From positions 5,036 through 69,035 of the forward strand of contig JACABE010000003.1 in NCBI GenBank assembly GCA_013377005.1: a DNA stretch of 64,000 nt, written 5' to 3'. Source of the stretch: Bacteroidota bacterium (GTDB taxonomy: Bacteria; Bacteroidota; Bacteroidia; Bacteroidales; JACABE01). The first letter of the stretch is position 1. The number at the start of each line of letters is the position of its first letter. The position numbers were made by a program, and so were the translations under genes. Below the pieces are notes generated by a model that did no database searches, was not told the origin of the DNA, and saw only the letters and a program-made list of their open reading frames with translations. This document shows positions 10,001 through 19,622 of this stretch, piece by piece.

Positions 10001-10252
10001 ATGCAATAATTGTATGGAAGTATTCAATAATTGATTGCTATGATGCAATAATCGTATGGAAGTACTTAATAATTGATTGGTATAATGTAATAATCGTATG
10101 GAAATACTTAATAATTGATCGACATAATGCAATAATTGTACGGAAGTACTCAATAATTGATTGGTATAATGTAATAATTTATAGGGAATACTTAATAATT
10201 GTATGGATAAATGCAATAATTGTATGGAAGTAACGAATAATTGCTCGTTTTT
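10001..10252. repeat. tandem array: 12 units of 21 bp (6 x 42 bp, alternating A/B subtypes), each carrying AATAAT(T/C)G
   Basis: AATAAT starts at 10005, 10026, 10047, 10068, 10089, 10110, 10131, 10152, 10173, 10194, 10215 and 10236, exactly 21 bp apart. A-type units read ATG(C/T)AATAAT(T/C)GTATGGAAGT and B-type units ACT(T/C)AATAATTGATTGGTATA. Units 1 and 11 are identical. A degenerate unit sits at 9980-10000. Confidence 0.95.
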
Positions 10253-10368
10253 GAGCTTATAATAATAAGAATTTGTGTACTTTTTCCGTTAATATTTTAG
10301 ATTTTACTGTTTATTGTGAAATAATTATTAATTTTGAGACATCAAACATTTTAAACCATTTTATTTAT

Positions 10369-11073
10369 ATGGCTATTCCTATCAGAATTGAAGAATTGTT
10401 GCCTATGGCTTCGTGGTTGAGTAGTTTGGTTGAGAACAATCTGGCAAAGTTTAATGATTTTTCGCCGGAGTTTTCCGATTCTTATCTAACGACTCTTGAT
10501 GATAAAAAAGAAAAAGTTAGAGAATTGCTTTCTCCGCAATTATTTATCGGCGAAATGGTAAAGGCTACTCAAAGATTGCGTGATAATATGCTGGCTGCCC
10601 GCCCACCTTTATTGAAACTGGAAGGTTATGTGGTTCGTGCTAAGGACGAGTTAAGTGTAGCGGTTAAAATTTTCGGGTTTTCGGGTGTACGCAAAAATAT
10701 TAAAAGCGGAGATGCCGAAGGTTTTGGCAAAAAGTTGGCTGATTTACTTTATTTGGCAGATACTAACAGCTCTGTATTGGAAGCTAAGGGCTTAAAAACA
10801 GAAACCATAGCTTTGTTAGAAGATATTTTACTTACCAATACTCAGTTGGCACAGGCGCAAAACGACGCAATACTTGCCAAAGAAAAAGCAGTAACCGATA
10901 ATGATGCTGTGATGAATGATTTATGGAAAGATTGCAAAAACATAATGGATGCCGGCAAAAGGATTTATAAATACAACGATCCTGAAATGGTAAAGAATTT
11001 TACCAAAGTACATATTATAAAAACTATGCGGCATGATACGGCTCATAAGAAGAAGAAGGATGTAAGTGTATAA
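10369..11073 (+). CDS. hypothetical protein (helical, no family recognised)
   Basis: ORF with visibly higher GC than its neighbours. The start is moved to MAIPIRIEELL (ATG 10369) because the track extension from 10273 is AT-rich leader. No catalytic motifs seen. Confidence 0.6.
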   Translation: MAIPIRIEELLPMASWLSSLVENNLAKFNDFSPEFSDSYLTTLDDKKEKVRELLSPQLFIGEMVKATQRLRDNMLAARPPLLKLEGYVVRAKDELSVAVKIFGFSGVRKNIKSGDAEGFGKKLADLLYLADTNSSVLEAKGLKTETIALLEDILLTNTQLAQAQNDAILAKEKAVTDNDAVMNDLWKDCKNIMDAGKRIYKYNDPEMVKNFTKVHIIKTMRHDTAHKKKKDVSV

Positions 11074-11121
11074 TTGAGGATAGAATAGTCCAACGTTTTT
11101 ATAATTGTTGGAGATTATTTA

Positions 11122-12315
11122 ATGAGTATATTTGCAAAAAAAACAAAAATGGCATACGAATCAGTAGATAAATTACAAAAAGTATTAGCAACCGAAGTAT
11201 TTAAGCATACTAAAGATCCTAAAAAAGCATCAGGTAGAGCGTTGGGAACTTTGGTTGAAATTATTACTTATTATCTTCTTAAAACTTGGGGACTTAACAA
11301 TCAAATTTCAATTGAACGTGGACTCGCTGAATATGGAAATCCAAACATTACCCATAATGTTGAATATTCTCTTCATCCAATAGTTCGTAGCTCTTTTTTG
11401 ACCATAGATAAATCAGACAAATCAATAACATCGAACATAATTCTAAAAGCACTTGAAGTAATAGGTTTTGATTTAACAGGCTTTGAACGTAAAAACAACC
11501 AGCTTTTAAGCAATAACATTCTTCGCAATGCTTGCACAATTGCAACTTCTGCAACTTCATTCTTATTATGTAGTATAAAATCTGATATTGGTGATAAATT
11601 AGAACTCCATATTTATGAACAAAGCAGAAAACCTTATGCAATGTTTGAATGTAAAAGAGTTGGAATAGAAGAGGGCATGACCAAAGGTCCTCAAACAATT
11701 GAGAAAGCAAAACAAGGTGCTTATGTTGCAAGAATGGCTTCCTCATTACAAAAAATTCGTTCTGAAATCGGTGAAATGCATGGCATCATATATAAAAGTG
11801 ATGGTACATACATTATAAAGCCTTATATTGATTTAATGGAAGAAGTTATTTATTCTTCTGATGAGGAATTATTGAGAAAATTCATATTAACTATTGGTGT
11901 TGTTAGTAATCACGGAAACTGGATTAAAAAAAGTGTAACTGGAGAACTAAGTTTTAGCGAAGAGTCTTTCCAAAAAGAGCTAATGGTTTTAGCACAATCT
12001 TATGATTGGCTGCTTTTTTTAACTGATCAGGGTTTATCAGATTTTATAGATAAATTATTATTGAATCCTATTCCAGCGTTTCAATTTTTAAGAGAAATAT
12101 TTTTATCAAGCTATGCTGAAGGAAAAAAGAAAAATCAGTTTACTAAAGTTCAGATGAATATAGAGGCAGATAGAATTCTTTTGAAATACTTTAAAGATAA
12201 TATTGAAAATATTGAGAAATGGTTTAAGGTAATTTCGCCTAACAAAAAATCCTTGACAATTCTACGTGGCGAATTGGAAGAGTTGAAAAATAAAAACTGG
12301 AAAAATATTTTATAA
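11122..12315 (+). CDS. putative restriction-endonuclease-like protein (PD-(D/E)xK-like ExK block), partner of the downstream methyltransferase
   Basis: 397-aa ORF whose stop overlaps the methyltransferase start (TAATG at 12313-12317). It contains an YAMFECKRVG block resembling the ExK part of PD-(D/E)xK nucleases. No other family signature recognised. Confidence 0.4.
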   Translation: MSIFAKKTKMAYESVDKLQKVLATEVFKHTKDPKKASGRALGTLVEIITYYLLKTWGLNNQISIERGLAEYGNPNITHNVEYSLHPIVRSSFLTIDKSDKSITSNIILKALEVIGFDLTGFERKNNQLLSNNILRNACTIATSATSFLLCSIKSDIGDKLELHIYEQSRKPYAMFECKRVGIEEGMTKGPQTIEKAKQGAYVARMASSLQKIRSEIGEMHGIIYKSDGTYIIKPYIDLMEEVIYSSDEELLRKFILTIGVVSNHGNWIKKSVTGELSFSEESFQKELMVLAQSYDWLLFLTDQGLSDFIDKLLLNPIPAFQFLREIFLSSYAEGKKKNQFTKVQMNIEADRILLKYFKDNIENIEKWFKVISPNKKSLTILRGELEELKNKNWKNIL

Positions 12316-12899
12316 TGAGTGCAGGTAGAAGTATAATTACATTAAGTCAAAGTTGGGGAACACCGCATAAATACGTAAAGACAGTGAAAGAAGTATTTGG
12401 TGGATACATAGATTTAGATCCATGTTCTAACGAATATTCCATTGTAAATGCAAGAGTAGAATACTTATTACCTAAGCATGACGGGCTAAAAGAGAGTTGG
12501 AACTATCCAACAATTTATGTTAATCCGCCATACGGAATTGATAAGGAAAGAGGTACAACAATAAAAAATTGGCTTGCACGGTGTGCTCATGCCCACGAAG
12601 AATATAAATCACAAGTAATAGCTCTTGTTCCAATTGCAGCTAATACATCGCATTGGAAAAAATATGTTTTTACTAAAGCAAAAGCTATCTGTTTTCTCTA
12701 TGATACACGGCTTCGCTTTCTTGAGAATGGTATAGACAGCGGTAAAGGAGCACCGATGGCTTGTGCTATGATATATTGGGGAAATGATTATCAAAAATTT
12801 TATAATATTTTTATTGAACATGGAGCTGTAGTTGATATATCAAACTTACATGGCGAACATATCGGAATTGATAGAAATACATTAAAATTAGCCTTATAA
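12315..12899 (+). CDS. DNA N6-adenine methyltransferase, small phage-type Dam family
   Basis: Layout typical of the phage Dam family: SWGTPHKYV, then IDLDPCS, then DGLKESW, then the IYVNPPYG catalytic motif, then ALVPIAANTSHW and RLRF..GAPMACAMIYWG. 194 aa. Confidence 0.8.
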   Translation: MSAGRSIITLSQSWGTPHKYVKTVKEVFGGYIDLDPCSNEYSIVNARVEYLLPKHDGLKESWNYPTIYVNPPYGIDKERGTTIKNWLARCAHAHEEYKSQVIALVPIAANTSHWKKYVFTKAKAICFLYDTRLRFLENGIDSGKGAPMACAMIYWGNDYQKFYNIFIEHGAVVDISNLHGEHIGIDRNTLKLAL

Positions 12900-12930
12900 T
12901 TTTTTTACCATACTATCGTTCCTAACGGAA

Positions 12931-14301
12931 TTATGTTCTGTATAAGAATTCTCCTTTTAATTCATTTGTATTCACTTTCTCGTTTTCGAAAGCAATTTTC
13001 CCTTTACAGATTACTATTTCGGGAAGTCCTTTCAAATGAAATCCTTCGTAAATATTGCTATCGCAATGCTGATATTGATTATCAAAGCTGATAACTTTCT
13101 CTTTTTCGGTATTCCATATTACGATATCAGCATCTTTTCCTATAGTAATGCTTCCTTTGGTATTAGAAATTCCAAATATTTCGGCAGCATGAGCTGAAGT
13201 AAGTGCAACCCATTGCTGCAACGTAATTATATCCGTTAGCACGCCATAGGTATATAACAAAGCGGTTCTGTATTCAATACCTCCCGCTCCGTTAGGGATT
13301 CTTGTAAAATTATGTTTGCCTTTATCTTTTTGCCCCAGCAAATTAAACGGGCAATGATCGGTAGCAACGGTATCAATTAAATTTTGGGATAATTGATGCC
13401 AGAGTATTTCGTTGTCGGTTTTAGAACGCAAAGGCGGACTGATGACATATTTAGCGGTTTCAAAATCATCATTGTTATAAACTTCTTCATTCAAAAGAAG
13501 GTAATGCGGACAAGTTTCTACAAATACATTTTTGGTGCGGTATCGGTTGATGACATCCATAGATTTTGCGGCAGAAATATGCACAAGATATACTTTACAT
13601 TGAGTTTCGGCAGCCATAGCAAGCACTTTTTCAACCGCTTCGGCTTCTACTTCCGCTGGTCGCGATAGCGCATGATAGCGAGGACTCGTTTTCCCGTCTT
13701 TTATAAGCTGTTGCTGCATGGCATAAACGCTGTCTCCGTCTTCGCAATGGACGGTAACCAGTCCATTATATTTAGCAACTACTTTCATTACTTCATATAA
13801 TTCTTCATAAGAAATACCTATCGTACCTTTGTAAGCCAAATAAGTTTTGAAAGAAGTAATACCTTCGTGTTTCATGCAATATTCTATCTCTTCGATAAGA
13901 GAATTGTTCCACCAGGTAATTCCAACATGCAACGAATAATCAATACAAGATGTAGAGGCAACCGCTTTTCTTTTGTACAACGCTTGTAGCAGAGATTCCC
14001 CACGCGAAGGTGTAACAAAATCGATCATACAAGTTGTACCACCCGCTATAGCAGCAATGCTTCCCGAATAAAAATCGTCACTTGAATTGCCGGCAGGGGT
14101 TGGTAAATCGAGATGTACATGCGGATCAATACCTCCGGGAATAATATATTTAGCTGTGGCATCTATCACAATAACATCTGCATCAGGCAACAGCATGTTT
14201 TTTTCGATACGAATAATTTGAGCGTCTTCAATTAATACATCTGCTTCAAAAGTATCGTTGGCATTAATGATAGTGCCGTTTTTTATTAATAATAGTGCCA
14301 T
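12931..14301 (-). CDS. dihydropyrimidinase / D-hydantoinase family cyclic amidohydrolase
   Basis: GGIDPHVHLD (HxH), FKTYLAYKG (carboxylated-Lys region), VHCEDGD, VHISA, ETCPHYL, TDHCPF. 456 aa. Confidence 0.88.
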   Translation of the reverse strand: MALLLIKNGTIINANDTFEADVLIEDAQIIRIEKNMLLPDADVIVIDATAKYIIPGGIDPHVHLDLPTPAGNSSDDFYSGSIAAIAGGTTCMIDFVTPSRGESLLQALYKRKAVASTSCIDYSLHVGITWWNNSLIEEIEYCMKHEGITSFKTYLAYKGTIGISYEELYEVMKVVAKYNGLVTVHCEDGDSVYAMQQQLIKDGKTSPRYHALSRPAEVEAEAVEKVLAMAAETQCKVYLVHISAAKSMDVINRYRTKNVFVETCPHYLLLNEEVYNNDDFETAKYVISPPLRSKTDNEILWHQLSQNLIDTVATDHCPFNLLGQKDKGKHNFTRIPNGAGGIEYRTALLYTYGVLTDIITLQQWVALTSAHAAEIFGISNTKGSITIGKDADIVIWNTEKEKVISFDNQYQHCDSNIYEGFHLKGLPEIVICKGKIAFENEKVNTNELKGEFLYRT

Positions 14302-14329
14302 TTTTATTAGGAATAAAGGTAATTCTTAA

Positions 14330-14584
14330 TTATATAATATGATTCCAATAAGATATTAATGTCCATATTATAGGGAAAATTATACAAGTAATTATTAATC
14401 GTTTCTTCGTGAAGTTTTTTTCAAAAAACAAAAGAATAATAGGAAGTGTTATACATGTTAAATAATTAAATAAATCAAATAGTTTCACATCATTATTAAT
14501 TAATAACTTAATAAAAAGCTTAGCAATAAGAGAAGATGTAAATGCAATTATTACAATTAGGATAATATCTTTAAATTTATTCAT
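14330..14584 (-). CDS. small hypothetical membrane protein
   Basis: 84-aa ORF with three hydrophobic segments. No family recognised. Confidence 0.35.
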   Translation of the reverse strand: MNKFKDIILIVIIAFTSSLIAKLFIKLLINNDVKLFDLFNYLTCITLPIILLFFEKNFTKKRLIITCIIFPIIWTLISYWNHII

Positions 14585-14617
14585 TATTCAAAAGTTATAA
14601 GTAGGCATGTATAAAAA

Positions 14618-15229
14618 TTATCTTATATCAACCTTTAGCAAACACTCTTCTCCAATAAATGCCTTTAACTGATCATTAATTTTAATAGGCCCAACGCCTA
14701 CAGGAGTGCCTGTAAAAATCAAATCACCAATTTTAAGCGTAATAAATTGTGAAATGTAAGCAATGATAGTATCAATACTAAAAATCATATCTTTCGAATT
14801 TCCTTTTTGAACAGTTTTGCCATTCAATTCAAGATGAAAATCGATATCTTGTATGTTACTAAATATATTTTTATCTAAAAACTTGCCCAAAGGAGCAGCA
14901 TTGTCAAAGGCTTTGCATATTTCCCATGGCAAACCTTTTTCTTTGCAGCGTTGTTGAAGGTCGCGGGCTGTAAAATCGATACCAATACCTATTTCATCAT
15001 AATATGTATGAGCAAACTTCGATTGAATGTACTTCCCCACTTTATTGATTTTAACAACCAATTCTGTTTCATACTGAATATCCTTAGAAAATTCAGGATA
15101 AAAGAAAGCTTGATTTTTGGGCAATAAACAAGTATCCGGTTTCAAAAAGAAAACAGGTTCGCTTGGCAACGGGCTATTTAATTCTTTGGCATGTTCGACA
15201 TAATTGCGACCAATACATATAATCTTCAT
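14618..15229 (-). CDS. fumarylacetoacetate hydrolase (FAH) family protein
   Basis: MKIICIGRNYVEHAKE, ETELVVKI, GIDFTARDLQ and DLIFTGTPVGVGPI blocks. 203 aa. Confidence 0.85.
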   Translation of the reverse strand: MKIICIGRNYVEHAKELNSPLPSEPVFFLKPDTCLLPKNQAFFYPEFSKDIQYETELVVKINKVGKYIQSKFAHTYYDEIGIGIDFTARDLQQRCKEKGLPWEICKAFDNAAPLGKFLDKNIFSNIQDIDFHLELNGKTVQKGNSKDMIFSIDTIIAYISQFITLKIGDLIFTGTPVGVGPIKINDQLKAFIGEECLLKVDIR

Positions 15230-15243
15230 TTTTTTATACCTTT

Positions 15244-16050
15244 TTATTTATTAAAACCTCTTAACTTGATAGCTGTAATTACTTTTTTAGTCATCAATGG
15301 AAACTGACTTTTCATCATCCAATCATAATAAGAAGGTTCTGTTTTAAAAATGGCTTCCACCGATTTTCCTTTATTTTTACCAAAATTAAAGACTTCAATA
15401 TTCTTTTCATCAAATATAATATGTCCAGCCAAATCGGCATTTTTGTTCTGATAAGAAAAATCGTGCAAAGCCTTTACATCATTTTTGATAGGTGTAATAA
15501 TATTTCCTTTAAAATCTTTATATTCTGCATTTTCATATTTGTCGAGCTGTGCTTTAAGTATTTCAAAAGTTGCAATAGTATCAGCTTCGGCACTATGTGC
15601 ATTTTCGAGACTTCCATTGCAATAAAACTTATAAGCAGCCGATAAATTACGAGGTTCCATTTTGTGAAAAATATTCATCACATCAATAAATCGACGATTT
15701 TTTAACTCAAAATCAACTTCAGCACGCAAAAATTCTTCAACCAATAAGGGAATATCAAATTTATTAGAGTTATAACCAGCCAAATCACAATTATGCAGAA
15801 ATTGATTTAATTCATTGGCAACCTGAGCAAAACAAGGTTTGTCTTTTACATCTTCATTAGTAATATGATGAATAGCTGTTGCTTCAGCAGGAATAGGTAT
15901 CGTTGGATTGATAAGCATTGTTTTAACATCAGTAGTTCCGTTTACATTGGCTCTTATAATGCAAATTTCTACAATTCTGTCGGTACCAACATTGATTCCG
16001 GTAGTTTCTAAATCGAAAATTGCCAAAGGGCGACTTAAGTTTAATTCCAT
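15244..16050 (-). CDS. DnaQ/DEDDh-family 3'-5' exonuclease
   Basis: Exo I FDLETTG, Exo II GYNSNKFDIPLL, Exo III HSAEADT. 268 aa. Confidence 0.85.
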   Translation of the reverse strand: MELNLSRPLAIFDLETTGINVGTDRIVEICIIRANVNGTTDVKTMLINPTIPIPAEATAIHHITNEDVKDKPCFAQVANELNQFLHNCDLAGYNSNKFDIPLLVEEFLRAEVDFELKNRRFIDVMNIFHKMEPRNLSAAYKFYCNGSLENAHSAEADTIATFEILKAQLDKYENAEYKDFKGNIITPIKNDVKALHDFSYQNKNADLAGHIIFDEKNIEVFNFGKNKGKSVEAIFKTEPSYYDWMMKSQFPLMTKKVITAIKLRGFNK

Positions 16051-16056
16051 GGTATT

Positions 16057-17652
16057 TTATTTTTGTGATAGTAATATGTCTTTATATATTTCTTTTTCTG
16101 TGCTTTCTCTGTCAGGGATTGTAAGTTCAAACAGGAAAGTGTTTATTTTATTTCCTTCAAATTTTAATAAATATTCACCCGGAGGCAAAATTACAACATA
16201 TTTACCGGAAATTTTGTTGGGGGCATATTTAGCTATTGGTAAAGATGTCTTTTTGTCAAAAGCAGTAATTTTAATATTATCGGGAAGTAATGTTTTAGCA
16301 TCGTTCGAAATTTCTGGCTGTGCAGTATCTCCGATACTTATTTTACCGGAAACGACAGTATAAGTAGGAGGGATGTCGTTGAAAATAATTTTATAAATAT
16401 CTCTATCACCAATACCGTTTTTATTTGTTGCATCAATGTATGCGTATCTTCCCGATTGAGTAAAAGAAATTGTTCTTTCGTCATCAGATGTATTAATTGG
16501 ATATCCAATATTTTCAGGTACTGAAAATGTATAAGAATCTTTATCCCATTTTGCTTTAAAAATATCGTAGCCACCCATACTATTATGTCCTACTGAGCAA
16601 AAATACAGGGTTTCTCCATCAGGTGCTATGTAAGGATAATTTTCATCATAAACAGTATTAATATTTGATCCTAAATTAATCGCTTCGGACCACTCGCCTG
16701 AGGGTAACTTTTTTGAATAATATAAGTCTTTGGCACCTATTCCATTCTCGCGATTGCTCACAAAAAACATCGTTTGCTTATCGGGAGATAAACAAGCTGC
16801 CGACTCTTCTTTCTCAGAATTAATAACATTGCTCGCATTTAACGGTCGCAAGAAACTTTTGCCTTTTAATTCTGAAATTAAAATATCGCCCATCATTTTT
16901 TCATTATCATAATGAATCATTATAGTGGAACCATCAGCTGTTAAACCCGTACAATCTTCCGAAAGTGGAGTGTTGATAACATTAGGCAATCGTTTTGGCT
17001 TGCTCCATTTATCATTACAATAATTACATGAAAAGATATCAGAAGTATTAAAGCCATCAAAATCAAACAAATTTCCGGTATTTCCTGTTCTTTTGGAAGT
17101 AAAAACTAAAAAGTCTTCATCAGCAGAAATATAAGGTTTCAAATCTGGGGCAATTGAATTAACTTCATCTCCTAAATTCTCAAAACTAATATTTATTGGA
17201 GTCAGCATTAACACCTTTGCATTTTCGCACATTTCAATCTGGCGAATGGCCGGAATATAATTATTATCTTTACTTTTGACTATAGTTATAAATTTTTGAT
17301 AGTCTGTTATCGCTTCCTCAAAACGATTTAACCTATGAAGAGTTAAAGCTAAATCATACCAAGCATTTGGGTCACATTTAGGTAATGTAATAATATCTTG
17401 AAGTAAATCAATAGTTTTTTCTCTTTCAATATTTAAATTAAGATAGCATAAAGCAAGATTATATTTATAAGTTGTATTCTCACTATCTTCTTTTAGTAAT
17501 TTAAGGTATTCTCCTGATGCTTTTTTATAATTTTGATTAATGAACAATTCTTTAGCATAGTTTTTATCTAGTTCGATATTTTTAGTTTTTTGAGCAAAAC
17601 TAATGGTTGGAAATATAAAAACAGATAAGAAAAAAAAATAACGGTTAAACAT
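16057..17652 (-). CDS. TPR-repeat plus TolB-like (PD40/WD40-like) beta-propeller protein, secreted
   Basis: Signal peptide, N-terminal TPR-like repeats (YNLALCYLNL, WYDLALTLHRL), then repeated PD40-like segments (SADEDFLVFTS, SPDKQTMFFVS, APDGETLYFCS). Confidence 0.65.
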   Translation of the reverse strand: MFNRYFFFLSVFIFPTISFAQKTKNIELDKNYAKELFINQNYKKASGEYLKLLKEDSENTTYKYNLALCYLNLNIEREKTIDLLQDIITLPKCDPNAWYDLALTLHRLNRFEEAITDYQKFITIVKSKDNNYIPAIRQIEMCENAKVLMLTPINISFENLGDEVNSIAPDLKPYISADEDFLVFTSKRTGNTGNLFDFDGFNTSDIFSCNYCNDKWSKPKRLPNVINTPLSEDCTGLTADGSTIMIHYDNEKMMGDILISELKGKSFLRPLNASNVINSEKEESAACLSPDKQTMFFVSNRENGIGAKDLYYSKKLPSGEWSEAINLGSNINTVYDENYPYIAPDGETLYFCSVGHNSMGGYDIFKAKWDKDSYTFSVPENIGYPINTSDDERTISFTQSGRYAYIDATNKNGIGDRDIYKIIFNDIPPTYTVVSGKISIGDTAQPEISNDAKTLLPDNIKITAFDKKTSLPIAKYAPNKISGKYVVILPPGEYLLKFEGNKINTFLFELTIPDRESTEKEIYKDILLSQK

Positions 17653-17834
17653 AAAGTCCTGTTTAATTGTTTGTAATCATATGGAATAGGAATATTTTTT
17701 TTATTAACAAAGTTAATTTAATTGTTGGAATTCGTGTGTTAATTCTTTTACAATTAATTTCTGTAATACTAATTTTCACAAAAAAATATGCTTACTTTGC
17801 AAGTGATTTTTAAACATAAAATAAAAAGGGAAAA

Positions 17835-19556
17835 ATGAAGAAAGGAATCTTGTTTTCATTCATTGCTTTAATAACATTAACTGTGTTTTCGCAAAATACT
17901 GTTTACAAATACCGTGTAAGTTTTAATGATAAAGCAAACTCTCAGTATTCTTTAACAAACCCTGCAGCATTTTTATCTCAAAAAGCAATTACTCGACGTA
18001 TCAATCAAGGTATTCTTATTGATTCATTTGATATTCCGGTCAATCAAAATTATATTGACAGTGTTATAAAATACAGTGCTAAATTTATTAATAAATCAAA
18101 ATGGTTTAATTCAATCATCGTAAGTTTAACAGATACCAATATTTTACAAAATATCAATTCTTTACCATTCGTAAAAAACACTAAACTTGTTATAGCAGTT
18201 ACTTCAAAAAAGAGCAAGAACAAACAAAACGATGAAACGGTAAAGTCTACAAATATTTATTTCAATCCTCAATATTTTCAGAATTTTTACACTTCCAATG
18301 AGAACGATTTAGTGAATGAAAAAGAAGCTGTTGCACATAAAAATATTGATTACGGTCAAGCTTATTTACAAATAAATATGTTGCAAGGTACTTTTTTACA
18401 TAATCAAGGTTATTTGGGGCAAGGAATGACAATTGCAATATTAGATGCAGGTTTTTGGCACGTTGATGCATTAAACGCATTTGACAGCTTATGGTTAAAT
18501 GGTCAGATAATAGGTACAAGAGATTTTGTTTCTCCCGGAAGTAATGTTTTTAATGAAGCAACACATGGAATGATGGTTTTGTCAACCATGGGAGCTAATT
18601 TACCAGGACAGATTGTTGGTACAGCACCAAAAGCTAATTATTGGCTAGTTCGAACGGAAGATGCTAATTCGGAAAACCTTATTGAAGAGGATAATTGGGC
18701 TAGTGGAGCTGAATTTGCTGATAGTGTGGGTGCAGATCTTATTAATTCTTCTCTGGGTTATACAAATTTCGATGATCCTACAATGAGCCATACATATCAT
18801 GAATTGGATGGAAAAACGGCTAGAGCAACTTTAGCTGCAACCATAGCTGCCAGAAAAGGTATTTTGGTGGTTAATAGTATGGGTAATTCAGGTGCAAGTC
18901 CATGGAAGTACTTGGGTGTTCCATCCGATGCTGATAGTATTATTTCTGTTGGTGCTGTGGATACAAATAAAGATTATGCATCATTTAGTTCAATAGGACC
19001 AAGTTATGATGGAAGAGTAAAGCCAACTGTTGTAGCTTTAGGACAAGATGCCGTTTTTGCGTCATCTAGTGGCGTGGGTGTTGGTAACGGAACTTCATTT
19101 GCTTCACCTATATTATGCGGTATGGCAAGTTGTTTGTGGCAGGCATTTCCTCAAAAATCCAATCAGGATATTATTGAAGCTATAAAACACAGTGCAAGTC
19201 AATACTATGCACCTGATTATCTATTAGGTTATGGAATTCCAAATTTCCAAATTGCAAGTATTTTATTGTCGGGTAATGCTATTCATAATTTTGATAATGA
19301 AAATACTTTTAATGCATTTCCAAATCCATTTGATGACATACTTTATATTGCTTATAATTCTATTGATACACAAAGAGTTCAAGTAGAATTGTTTGATTTG
19401 TCAGGAAAAAAAATAATGTCTGTTAATGATATTCCTCGCCATCAAGGTTATAACTCAATAACTATCAATGATTTGTTTATACTTAAAAAAGGTATGTATT
19501 TCATTAGAATTACATCCGGAAATATAACATCTATACAAAAACTGATGAAAAAATAG
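17835..19556 (+). CDS. S8 (subtilisin) family serine peptidase with T9SS C-terminal sorting domain
   Basis: Catalytic blocks AILDAGF (D), ATHGMMVLS (H) and GTSFASP (S). Signal peptide. C-terminal tail FPNPFDDILYIAY..GMYFIRI typical of Por secretion. Confidence 0.88.
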   Translation: MKKGILFSFIALITLTVFSQNTVYKYRVSFNDKANSQYSLTNPAAFLSQKAITRRINQGILIDSFDIPVNQNYIDSVIKYSAKFINKSKWFNSIIVSLTDTNILQNINSLPFVKNTKLVIAVTSKKSKNKQNDETVKSTNIYFNPQYFQNFYTSNENDLVNEKEAVAHKNIDYGQAYLQINMLQGTFLHNQGYLGQGMTIAILDAGFWHVDALNAFDSLWLNGQIIGTRDFVSPGSNVFNEATHGMMVLSTMGANLPGQIVGTAPKANYWLVRTEDANSENLIEEDNWASGAEFADSVGADLINSSLGYTNFDDPTMSHTYHELDGKTARATLAATIAARKGILVVNSMGNSGASPWKYLGVPSDADSIISVGAVDTNKDYASFSSIGPSYDGRVKPTVVALGQDAVFASSSGVGVGNGTSFASPILCGMASCLWQAFPQKSNQDIIEAIKHSASQYYAPDYLLGYGIPNFQIASILLSGNAIHNFDNENTFNAFPNPFDDILYIAYNSIDTQRVQVELFDLSGKKIMSVNDIPRHQGYNSITINDLFILKKGMYFIRITSGNITSIQKLMKK

Positions 19557-19622
19557 AATTAAAATAATTCATAATTTTATTTATTTTAAACCTTTCAGCT
19601 GATATGTAATCTAAGTTATCTC

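Noticed and set aside
9970-10233. 87-aa (+) and 74-aa (-) ORFs spanning the tandem repeat array (repeating peptide DAIIVWKYSIIDWY)
   Set aside because: They are open only because the 42-bp repeat equals 14 codons without stops. The plus-strand ORF has a TTG start, both strands are open simultaneously, and neither resembles a protein family. Treated as non-coding repeat DNA.
10001-10252. Possible CRISPR array
   Set aside because: The units are contiguous 21/42-bp direct repeats with no unique spacers between them, and no cas genes are in the window.
15908-16363. 151-aa plus-strand ORF bridging the exonuclease and TPR/PD40 genes
   Set aside because: It is antisense to two well-supported minus-strand genes and is a typical shadow ORF.
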